Below, piece after piece: positions 47,991 through 56,600 of a stretch of 64,000 nucleotides of DNA. Every line of letters starts with the position of its first letter. The first letter of the stretch is position 1. The notes below the pieces were generated by a model. The model did no database searches. It worked only from the letters and a program-made list of their open reading frames with translations, and had not been told where the DNA came from. Origin of the DNA: an uncultured Clostridia bacterium (GTDB lineage: Bacteria; Bacillota; Clostridia; TANB77; CAG-465); assembly GCA_934130595.1 (NCBI GenBank), contig CAKOYF010000006.1, positions 8,994-72,993 of the forward strand, in the 5' to 3' direction. The translations under genes were made by a program, and so were the position numbers.

Positions 47991-49301
47991 ATGAAAAAAA
48001 CTAGATTATTTGTGCTTGCTATTATTACACTAATGATAGCAATAGTTACTAACAACAATGTATATGCAGCAAGTGAAAAAAATGAAGTAACTCTAAAATT
48101 TGATGGAGGAATTGTGCGTGATGGCTATGTAGAATATAGCAAAATAGGAAAGTTACAATTATTCAAAGGCGATGAATTAGTTACAAATATTGATAATGGA
48201 ATGAAAATAGATTTAAATGAGGCAGATTATCAATTTGTAATAGAAGAAATTCAAATTGAAGATACAGGAAGTGTTGTAGGTCCTGCACCAGTAAAATTAA
48301 ATATTAACAATTGGTACTATCCTATGACAACAATAGTGGGTGAAGATAAATCTACATTTGAACTAGAATCAAGTAAGTTTAATGGAACTTTAAATGTTAA
48401 ATTTACAAGAGCAAGAACAGTTGTTAATACAAATGTGGAAAATGTTTATGAAGATATAACATCAAAAGGTGTAATTGACCTGACAGATGAAAAAGAATAT
48501 GTAATAGATTTTTCTAAAACTGATGAGTTGACAGAAGGATTAAAATCATTTGCAGATTTAGATAAAATACTATATTATAAGAGAGATAATAATAGTCTAT
48601 TAGCAACAGATAATGAAAATGAAGCTGTTATAAAGATAGTTGGAAATAGATCAGAAAATAAAGCTATATTATCTGCAGTAAATGTTGGAACTAAAAAAAG
48701 TGAAAATTTTAAAGGATTTCATATGCAATATACAGGTTCTTCACTTAATTATAATAGTACTGATGATGGCATTATATATGAAACGAGATATGATTATTAT
48801 ACTAGATGTACTTATGATTTTACATTTCAATATGCCAAAGAAGAAGTTAGTCCTAAAGAATATGAGTTTATTGAAGGAGCTAATCAAGTATATACAATAG
48901 ATAAGTCAAAAAATGCAGTATTTAAAGTAAATACAATCGCTAAAGATATAAAAGAAATTTATATAGATGGTAGTATTTTAGATGCTAAAAATTATGTTTT
49001 AGATTCTCAAGATGGAATAATTACAATTTTAGAAGAATATTTAAAAAGTTTAGCTATAGGAGAGCATAAAATAAAAGTTACTTTCTTAGATGAAAAAGAA
49101 ATTGAAACTAATTTTGAAGTTAAGGCAGAGCAAAGCCAATCAGATATAAAAGATGAAGAAAAAAATGAAAGTATTGAAAATACAGATCCAAATCCAGAAA
49201 CAGGAGATAATGTTTTAACAAATTTAACAATATCTGTAATATCTATATTAGGTGTTGCTATTGCTTTAATGATTAATAATAAAAAAATTAAGGAAGATTA
49301 G
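47991..49301 (+). CDS. cell-wall-anchored surface protein with an NPETG sorting signal
   Basis: Signal peptide (...NNNVYA/AS). The C-terminus has NTDPNPETGD, a hydrophobic helix and a NNKKIKED tail. Confidence 0.75.
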   Translation: MKKTRLFVLAIITLMIAIVTNNNVYAASEKNEVTLKFDGGIVRDGYVEYSKIGKLQLFKGDELVTNIDNGMKIDLNEADYQFVIEEIQIEDTGSVVGPAPVKLNINNWYYPMTTIVGEDKSTFELESSKFNGTLNVKFTRARTVVNTNVENVYEDITSKGVIDLTDEKEYVIDFSKTDELTEGLKSFADLDKILYYKRDNNSLLATDNENEAVIKIVGNRSENKAILSAVNVGTKKSENFKGFHMQYTGSSLNYNSTDDGIIYETRYDYYTRCTYDFTFQYAKEEVSPKEYEFIEGANQVYTIDKSKNAVFKVNTIAKDIKEIYIDGSILDAKNYVLDSQDGIITILEEYLKSLAIGEHKIKVTFLDEKEIETNFEVKAEQSQSDIKDEEKNESIENTDPNPETGDNVLTNLTISVISILGVAIALMINNKKIKED

Positions 49302-49313
49302 GAGGAAAAGAAA

Positions 49314-50783
49314 ATGAAATTAAAAAAAGCATTATTTATGATGGTAATTGCTGTAGTTGGAATTTTAGGGATGACAACAGTAAGTGCTGCAACTATTAGT
49401 GACAACGGACAATATTCATTAGTATTAACTGTTAATGATGAAAATGGTGATATTGATGGAGAGTATGCAAAAATCGTAAGATTTGATGTTGATGAAGGAG
49501 AAACAACAGTTAAGTTATCTGAACTTACAAAAGATGTTACCCCATTTAATGGGAAAAATGAATTTTCACATTGGGTAAATAGAAATAAAGAAAAAGTAAA
49601 TGAAGATTTATCATTAGCAGATTTTAATAGTAATGGTTGCTTTTATAAATCAACAGGTGAAGAAGTAAATTATACTAATGGTTTAACTCTTGAAGCAAGA
49701 TTTGAAGGGAAAGCATTAAATGAAAGTGATAAATATTATGTGATATTTGATGGATTTGCTGGAACAGTAAATGGTCAATCAAAACTAAGATTAGATTTTA
49801 AAAAGGAAGAATTTCAAAACGTTGATTTAACCAAATATGTCCCTATAAGAAAAGGATATACTTTTATAGGTTGGGATTTAGATGGAAAAATTGTTACTAC
49901 TGTAGATTCAAGTGCTTTTGCAAATGATGCTGTAGTTACACTTACTGCAACATATACTAAAGATACTTTTGATGGAGCAGATAGAGTTTTAATATTAAAT
50001 GCTAATGGTGGAACTATTTCTGGAAATACATCTAATAAATATGACTATTTAGGTGGTGGAAATTCAGGAACAGCTATGTCACTTTTACCATATATACCAG
50101 TAAGAGAAGGATATACTTTTAATGGATGGAATTCTAAAAAAGATGGAAGTGGAAAAAATTATAAGTATATATATTGGAGATTATGGGATAATGATGGAAA
50201 AACAGATGTAGATAAAGATACTATAATAACAAATCAGCTTGGTGCACAGTATTACCAAAATGTAACTTTATATGCTTCTTGGACAAAAAATGCTGTTACT
50301 GAAGAAGATACTGTTAAAGAAATTAATAGTAATGGAGATATAAAATCAAGTATTACTTTTGAAAAAGAAGTTAGCAGTGATTATGTACTAGATATTAAAA
50401 ATATAGAAGTAAAAGATAATTTAACAAATAAAGATGTTAAATATGTAGTAGATATAAATGTATTAGAAAATGGTGAAATAATTAAAATTAGTGATTTAAA
50501 AATGAAAATAAGAATTGCTTTACCAGAAGAATTAAAAGGATTTGATAAATATGAAGTGGTATATATATCAGATGATGAAATAAAAGAAACAATACCAGCA
50601 ACAATAGAAGATGGCTACATTGTATTTGAAACATCACATTTAAGTCAATATGGAATTGTAGCAACAAAGATTGAAAATACAGATCCAAATCCAGAAACAG
50701 GAGATAATGTTGCACTAATTGGAATGATGTTTATGATGTCAATGCTAGGAATAATGAGTGCTAAATTAAAACTAGTAAAATAA
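49314..50783 (+). CDS. cell-wall-anchored surface protein with Listeria-Bacteroides (Flg_new) repeats and an NPETG sorting signal
   Basis: Signal peptide. GYTFIGWDLDGK and GYTFNGWNSKKDGSGKNY repeats. The C-terminus has NTDPNPETGD, a hydrophobic helix and KLKLVK. Confidence 0.75.
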   Translation: MKLKKALFMMVIAVVGILGMTTVSAATISDNGQYSLVLTVNDENGDIDGEYAKIVRFDVDEGETTVKLSELTKDVTPFNGKNEFSHWVNRNKEKVNEDLSLADFNSNGCFYKSTGEEVNYTNGLTLEARFEGKALNESDKYYVIFDGFAGTVNGQSKLRLDFKKEEFQNVDLTKYVPIRKGYTFIGWDLDGKIVTTVDSSAFANDAVVTLTATYTKDTFDGADRVLILNANGGTISGNTSNKYDYLGGGNSGTAMSLLPYIPVREGYTFNGWNSKKDGSGKNYKYIYWRLWDNDGKTDVDKDTIITNQLGAQYYQNVTLYASWTKNAVTEEDTVKEINSNGDIKSSITFEKEVSSDYVLDIKNIEVKDNLTNKDVKYVVDINVLENGEIIKISDLKMKIRIALPEELKGFDKYEVVYISDDEIKETIPATIEDGYIVFETSHLSQYGIVATKIENTDPNPETGDNVALIGMMFMMSMLGIMSAKLKLVK

Positions 50784-50816
50784 TAAAAATAAATTATATA
50801 TCAAGGTGAAAAAAAT

Positions 50817-51938
50817 ATGAATGAAAAAACTAAGGGAAAAGTATTTGTTTCAGTAATAATTATACTGGTTATAATTATCGTAGCCCTTGTAATAGCTCTT
50901 TTTATCAATAAAGGCGGTAAAGAAAATATGGAAGATTCTAAAACTCAAACAAAAGAGAAAAATATTAAAATAGTTGAAGATGAAACTAGTAAAATTCAAT
51001 TAGAAGAGTATAAAACAGATGTATTTACAATGAAAAAACCAAAAGGATGGAATGTTGAAACAGGAGGCTCAGGGGTTTTTTATACAATTAGAACATATGA
51101 TAGTAAAAATACAAATAATCAAATATTCTTGATGATAAAAGTACAACCTTTATTAAAATCTACTTCAGCTAAAAATATGTGGCAAAATTATTATGCTATG
51201 ACTGGATATAATTCACAATATAAATTGTTTGCTGATGCAGTAGTTTTAGATACTCCAACAACAGAAGGTTTTTATAATAAATTTAATGAAATAGCTAAGT
51301 TTGTTAAAGAAATAGATCCATCATTTAGTACTATAGAGTTTCCTAACTTTAGTAATTTTACAAAACAAGAGGAATTTGCCTCTCAAGCTTCAATGAAAAG
51401 TGTAGCCTTAGATAGTAAAGTGTTAAGAGCTACATTTAATGGAGATAATTCTAAAGAGGGTGAAGGACTTTTTATGGCATCTGTTGTAAATTTTGGAAAT
51501 CAATATAGTGATGATGGATATTATATGGTATATGATATTACATCAATAACTTCTGAAAAAGATCAATTTATAAATTACAAGGATATTTTATTAGAGTCTG
51601 TAAACTCAATAAAGTTTAGTGATAGCTATGTAAAACAAACAATAGACAATGGAAATGCTCAAACTCAGCAATCACTTGCTTTAAATGCTTCTATTCAGAA
51701 ATCTTTTGATTCATATATGGATGCTTGGGAAAATAGAAATAAGAGTTATGATATTATGAGTCAAAAGCAAAGTGATGCAACTCTTGGATATGAAAGAGTA
51801 TACGATACTGAAAGTGGCGATATATATAAAACATATAATGGATTTACAGATGATTATGATGGTCAAAGATATAAAACAATAACAGATGATATGTACACTC
51901 AAAAAACTAGTGGATATATAGAAAAAATATATAATTAG
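50817..51938 (+). CDS. hypothetical N-terminally anchored extracytoplasmic protein
   Basis: One TM helix (VFVSVIIILVIIIVALVIALFI) followed by a ~330-aa domain. No sortase TLxTC or other motif recognised. Confidence 0.6.
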   Translation: MNEKTKGKVFVSVIIILVIIIVALVIALFINKGGKENMEDSKTQTKEKNIKIVEDETSKIQLEEYKTDVFTMKKPKGWNVETGGSGVFYTIRTYDSKNTNNQIFLMIKVQPLLKSTSAKNMWQNYYAMTGYNSQYKLFADAVVLDTPTTEGFYNKFNEIAKFVKEIDPSFSTIEFPNFSNFTKQEEFASQASMKSVALDSKVLRATFNGDNSKEGEGLFMASVVNFGNQYSDDGYYMVYDITSITSEKDQFINYKDILLESVNSIKFSDSYVKQTIDNGNAQTQQSLALNASIQKSFDSYMDAWENRNKSYDIMSQKQSDATLGYERVYDTESGDIYKTYNGFTDDYDGQRYKTITDDMYTQKTSGYIEKIYN

Positions 51939-51977
51939 ATTCTGAATAAAGTTATAATACTGAATAATAATATAAAA

Positions 51978-52032
51978 AGGGATGATACTGAAGTAACTTA
52001 ATCAATAATACTTCAAGTACATCTCTTTTTTT
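51978..52032 (+). terminator. terminator after the surface-protein operon
   Basis: Long imperfect hairpin AGGGATGATACTGAAGTA / TACTTCAAGTACATCTCT, followed by T7. Confidence 0.55.
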
Positions 52033-52105
52033 GAAATCAAATTTGATAATTGTTGTGTTTTGTGATATACAATTTAAAGAATAAAAGAAAGGTAGAGATG
52101 ATATA

Positions 52106-53080
52106 ATGTGTACAGCAGCAACATATAAAACAAAAGATTTTTATTTTGGAAGAACTTTAGATTATGAATTTTCTTATGGAGATGAAATAACAATCACTCC
52201 AAGAAATTATGTTTTTAATTTTAGAGAAAAAGGAAAAATAGAGAGTCATTATGCAATAATAGGTATGGCATATGTTTATGATAATTATCCACTTTATTAC
52301 GATGCAATGAATGAAAAAGGCGTAGCTATAGCAGGACTTAATTTTGTAGGAAATGCATCATATAATGAAAAAGTAGAAGGAAAGGATAATATAGCTCAAT
52401 TTGAACTTATTCCTTGGATATTATGTCAGTGTGAAAATATAGATGATGTAAAGAGACTAATAGAAAAAATGAATATAACTAATGTAGCATTTAATGAAAA
52501 ATTACCACTTGCACAACTTCATTGGATTATTTCAGACAAAGATAAAAGTATAACAGTAGAGGCTGTTAAAGATGGAATTAAAGTATATGATAATCCAGTA
52601 GGTGTATTAACTAACAATCCACCTTTTGATAAGCAAATGTTCGAGTTAAATAAGTATATTCATCTTAGTGTAGAAAATCCTAAAAATACTTTTTCAGAAA
52701 ATTTAGACTTAGAATATTATAGCAGAGGAATGGGAGCAATAGGACTACCTGGAGATTTATCTTCTCAATCTAGATTTGTAAGAGTAGCTTTTGTTAAGAT
52801 GAATTCTATATCTAGTGATGATGAAATGGAAAGTGTTAGTCAATTTTTCCACATATTAAACAGTGTAGATCAACAAAGAGGATGTTGTAAGTTAGGTGAA
52901 AATAAATATGAAATTACAATATACACTTCATGTTGCAATGTATCAAAGGGAATATACTACTATACAACATATAACAATCACCAAATAAATGCAGTAGATA
53001 TTAATAGAGAAGATTTAGATACATCTAGCCTTATAAGATATAAACTAAATACTAATGAAAATATAAATTATCAAAATTAA
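52106..53080 (+). CDS. choloylglycine hydrolase family protein (bile salt hydrolase-like Ntn hydrolase)
   Basis: MCTAATYKTKDFYFGRTLD has the nucleophile Cys2 directly after Met. 324 aa. Confidence 0.8.
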   Translation: MCTAATYKTKDFYFGRTLDYEFSYGDEITITPRNYVFNFREKGKIESHYAIIGMAYVYDNYPLYYDAMNEKGVAIAGLNFVGNASYNEKVEGKDNIAQFELIPWILCQCENIDDVKRLIEKMNITNVAFNEKLPLAQLHWIISDKDKSITVEAVKDGIKVYDNPVGVLTNNPPFDKQMFELNKYIHLSVENPKNTFSENLDLEYYSRGMGAIGLPGDLSSQSRFVRVAFVKMNSISSDDEMESVSQFFHILNSVDQQRGCCKLGENKYEITIYTSCCNVSKGIYYYTTYNNHQINAVDINREDLDTSSLIRYKLNTNENINYQN

Positions 53081-53136
53081 AAAAATCTATTACATAAAAT
53101 TATAATTTGTGATATAATACAAATGTATCGAGCAGT

Positions 53137-53178
53137 AAATAACGTAAGTCCAGATAATTAGGATTACGTTATTTTTTT
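53137..53178 (+). terminator. hairpin plus T-run between bsh and the MATE gene
   Basis: AAATAACGTAAGTCC pairs with GGATTACGTTATTT (one bulge), followed by T7. It lies downstream of a TGTGATATAAT element (53108-53118). Confidence 0.55.
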
Positions 53179-53208
53179 GCCGTGTAAGTGAGTAGAAAGG
53201 AAAAAATT

Positions 53209-55197
53209 ATGGAAAAACTAAATCTAGGAAAAGAAAAAATTGGAAAATTATTAGTAGCTTTTTCAATACCTTGCATAATTAGTATGTTGATTAACTCAGT
53301 GTACAATATAGTTGATCAAATATTTATTGGAAAAGGTGTAGGAAGTTTAGGAAATGCTGCTACTAATGTTATATTTCCAATTGTAATTATTTGTAATGGA
53401 ATAGCACAACTAATTGGAAATGGATGTGCGGCTAATTTAAGTTTACTTTTAGGACAAGGCAAGAAAAAAGAGGCCAAAAATATGGTAGGCTCATCAATAA
53501 CTATGTTAGTTATTTTATCACTACTTGTTTGTGGTTTAGGAGAGTTATTTTTACCAAAGCTAGTTTATTTATTTGGATGTACTAAAAATGCGTATGAATT
53601 GTCTATGATATATGGCAGAATAATTTTAGCAGGAGCCCCTTTTATGATAATTTATACTGGCATGGCAGCTATAATTAGAGCAGACGGGTCTCCTAAATAT
53701 TCAATGGTTTGTCTACTTAGTGGAGCAATAGTCAATATAATATTAGATCCTATTTTTATTTTTGGATTAAATTTGGGAGTAGCAGGTGGAGCAATAGCTA
53801 CTATATTAGGTCAGCTATTATCTTTTGTAATAGCAATATTATATGTATTTAAGATGAAAACTATAACATTAGAGCTTAAAGATTATAAAGTAGATAGTTC
53901 AATATTTAGAACTTTAAGTTATGGTTTATCTAGCTTTGTAATACAAATGACAGTATTAGTATTATTTATTTTAATGAATAATGTTATGACTAAATACGGA
54001 GCAGCTACAAAGTATGGAGAAGACATTCCACTTTCTGTATATGGAGTAGTTTCAAAGCTTAATAGTTTCTATATTTCATTTATATTAGGTCTTGCAGTTG
54101 GAGCTCAACCAATTATTGGATTTAACTATGGAGCAGGAAATATCCAAAGAGTAAAGAAAACAATAAAATATGTCGTAACAATAGCACTTATGATAGGAAT
54201 TGTATTTAATGTATTATTACAACTTATACCAGGACAGCTAGTTAATCTTTTTGCAACACAATCAGATCCAAATTATAACTTATTTATAGAATTTGGAATT
54301 AAATGCTGTAGAATATTCTTAATGCTTTGTTGCTTAAATGCATTAGAAATGACATGTAGTATTGTATTTCAATCATTAGGAAGTGTAAAAAAAGCAAGTT
54401 TTGTATCATTTTTAAGACAAATTATATTATTCTTACCATTATGTTTATTCATGTCTAGTAAGATGGGTCTTATGGGTGCATTATATGCAGCACCAATAGC
54501 AGATGCAATTTGTTTTGTTATTGTATTAACTTTATTTATATTTGAATATAAAAATATTGGAAAAGAAAATCATAAAGAAGAGAAAGCCTTAGAAAGTACA
54601 TCAGTAGAGAAGAATATTTCTAAAGAAAACGTTATAGTAACAATAAGTAGACAGTATGGCTCTGGCGGAAGATATGTAGGAAGAATATTAGCACAAAAGC
54701 TAGGAATTAAGTTTTGGGATAAAGAATTAATTGAATCAGTAGCAAAAGAATCCGGAATGACAGAAGAATTTGTATCAGAAAATGAACAAAAAAGAGAATG
54801 GGGAGCAAATTTAAATTCTGAATATAATAGTGAAGACGAATTATATATAGCTCAAACAAAAGTAATAAAAGAAATTGCTACTCAAGGCTCTTGTGTAATA
54901 ATTGGAAGATGTGCAGATTATATTTTAAAAGATAATCCAAATGTAATAAGAGTATTCATTTATAGTGATGAAAATGCCAAAATAAAAAGAGCAATTAAAC
55001 ATTATAACTTGAATGAGAAAAATGCTAAAAAAGAAATAGAAAAAATAGATAAAGAAAGAGCAAGACATTATAAATATTATACAAATCAAGAGTGGGGAAA
55101 TTTGAATAATTATGATATTGCTTTAAATAGTGATTATTTAGGAGTAGAAAAAACAGCCAAAATAATAGAAGAAATGATATTATCTAAAACTAAATAA
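53209..55197 (+). CDS. MATE-family efflux transporter fused to a C-terminal cytidylate-kinase-like (Cytidylate_kin2-type) domain
   Basis: About 12 TM helices with a MATE-like N-terminus (KLLVAFSIPCIISMLINSVYNIVDQIFIG). From ~54625: VIVTISRQYGSGGRYVGRILAQKLGIKFWDKELIE... Confidence 0.8.
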   Translation: MEKLNLGKEKIGKLLVAFSIPCIISMLINSVYNIVDQIFIGKGVGSLGNAATNVIFPIVIICNGIAQLIGNGCAANLSLLLGQGKKKEAKNMVGSSITMLVILSLLVCGLGELFLPKLVYLFGCTKNAYELSMIYGRIILAGAPFMIIYTGMAAIIRADGSPKYSMVCLLSGAIVNIILDPIFIFGLNLGVAGGAIATILGQLLSFVIAILYVFKMKTITLELKDYKVDSSIFRTLSYGLSSFVIQMTVLVLFILMNNVMTKYGAATKYGEDIPLSVYGVVSKLNSFYISFILGLAVGAQPIIGFNYGAGNIQRVKKTIKYVVTIALMIGIVFNVLLQLIPGQLVNLFATQSDPNYNLFIEFGIKCCRIFLMLCCLNALEMTCSIVFQSLGSVKKASFVSFLRQIILFLPLCLFMSSKMGLMGALYAAPIADAICFVIVLTLFIFEYKNIGKENHKEEKALESTSVEKNISKENVIVTISRQYGSGGRYVGRILAQKLGIKFWDKELIESVAKESGMTEEFVSENEQKREWGANLNSEYNSEDELYIAQTKVIKEIATQGSCVIIGRCADYILKDNPNVIRVFIYSDENAKIKRAIKHYNLNEKNAKKEIEKIDKERARHYKYYTNQEWGNLNNYDIALNSDYLGVEKTAKIIEEMILSKTK

Positions 55198-55241
55198 TAA
55201 AATATTGAATATTTTTAAAATAAAAAATATAATATAGTATT

Positions 55242-56468
55242 ATGAAAAATAAAATAGTTATTGTGTTATTTATAATATTAAATATGTTTTTATATAAAGT
55301 GGTAAATGCTGATGAAATAGATCTAAGTGCTAAAGCAGCAGGCGTGTATACATTAAATGATCTAGAGTGTTTGTATGATAAAAACACTCAGGAAAAATTA
55401 CCACTAGCAAGCATTACTAAAATTATGACTGCTATTGTTTGTATAGATAATGTAAGTGATTTAAATGAAGAAGTAGTCGTAAATTTACCAGAAGTAGAAA
55501 AATATTATGATGAGGATTATTCAACTGCTGGACTTAAAGATGGACAGAAAATATCATATTATGATTTAATTGCCACAATGCTCATTCCATCAGGAGCAGA
55601 TAGTGCTAGTTGTATTGCTTTAAATGTATTTGGAGATTACTCTAAATTCATATATGCAATGAATGAAAAAGCAAAAGAACTTGGAATGAATGATACCTCA
55701 TTTGAAAACCCAATAGGAAGTGATAATGAAAGTAATTATTCAACAGTTCATGATATTGCATTAATGATGAAATATGCACTTTCAAATGAAAATATTAAGA
55801 CTTTTTTGTCTGAGTATGAATTTACAACTAAAGACCAATCTATAACAGTACATAATGCATTATTTCAACTTGCAGATATATATGGAATAAACGTTGAAAA
55901 AATAAGTGGTGGAAAAACTGGAATGACAGAAGATGCACAATATTGCCTGGCAAGTTATTCATATAATGAAGAAGAACCTTTAATTTGTATTGTACTTGGC
56001 TCACAAATAAAGCGAGGAACACTATATCATTTAACAGATAGTGAAAAGTTATATGAATATATCTCTCAAAATTATTCAATGAAAAATGTAATACTAGAAG
56101 GTGAAAATATTACATCAATACCAGGATATCATACAACAAATAGTGCTAAATTAATCTCTAGCAAAAATGTTGGTATATATTTAAAAAACGAAGAAGAAAT
56201 AGATAAGGAAAAATTAAAAATTGAATATACAGATATGCCACTAATATCTGCTAAAAATAAAAAAGGTGATGTGATAGGAAAAGCTTCAATATACTATAAA
56301 GATAGATATATAACAGATATAGATTTAATACTAAGTGAAAATATGAAATTTAGTATTATAAAATGGTCAAAAGACAATACTCAAATTGTATTAGTAATAG
56401 AACTAATAGTAATAGTTGCGGGAGTTTATTGTTTAATACGTAGAAAAAAAGGTTATAAGAAAATTTAG
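55242..56468 (+). CDS. D-alanyl-D-alanine carboxypeptidase (S11, PBP5-like) with a C-terminal membrane anchor
   Basis: SxxK (ASITKIMT) and KTG (GGKTGMT) motifs, a signal peptide and a C-terminal TM helix. Confidence 0.8.
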   Translation: MKNKIVIVLFIILNMFLYKVVNADEIDLSAKAAGVYTLNDLECLYDKNTQEKLPLASITKIMTAIVCIDNVSDLNEEVVVNLPEVEKYYDEDYSTAGLKDGQKISYYDLIATMLIPSGADSASCIALNVFGDYSKFIYAMNEKAKELGMNDTSFENPIGSDNESNYSTVHDIALMMKYALSNENIKTFLSEYEFTTKDQSITVHNALFQLADIYGINVEKISGGKTGMTEDAQYCLASYSYNEEEPLICIVLGSQIKRGTLYHLTDSEKLYEYISQNYSMKNVILEGENITSIPGYHTTNSAKLISSKNVGIYLKNEEEIDKEKLKIEYTDMPLISAKNKKGDVIGKASIYYKDRYITDIDLILSENMKFSIIKWSKDNTQIVLVIELIVIVAGVYCLIRRKKGYKKI

Positions 56469-56474
56469 AAAAAG

Positions 56475-56519
56475 ATAGAAACATTTTACTTAAAAAATAT
56501 AATGTTTCTATTTTTTTTT
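56475..56519 (+). terminator. terminator after the carboxypeptidase gene
   Basis: ATAGAAACATT pairs with AATGTTTCTAT (11 bp), followed by T9. Confidence 0.7.
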
Positions 56520-56600
56520 CGTATTAGTTGAAAAAAGTTAAATATTTGGTGTATTATTTAAGTAACAAAATGCGAAGAATATAATTAGGAGGAGTTTTTC

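Noticed and set aside
50817-51938. Third gene of the NPETG operon as the missing sortase.
   Set aside because: It has no TLxTC catalytic motif, no conserved His/Arg context and no cysteine in the ectodomain. The topology alone is not evidence.
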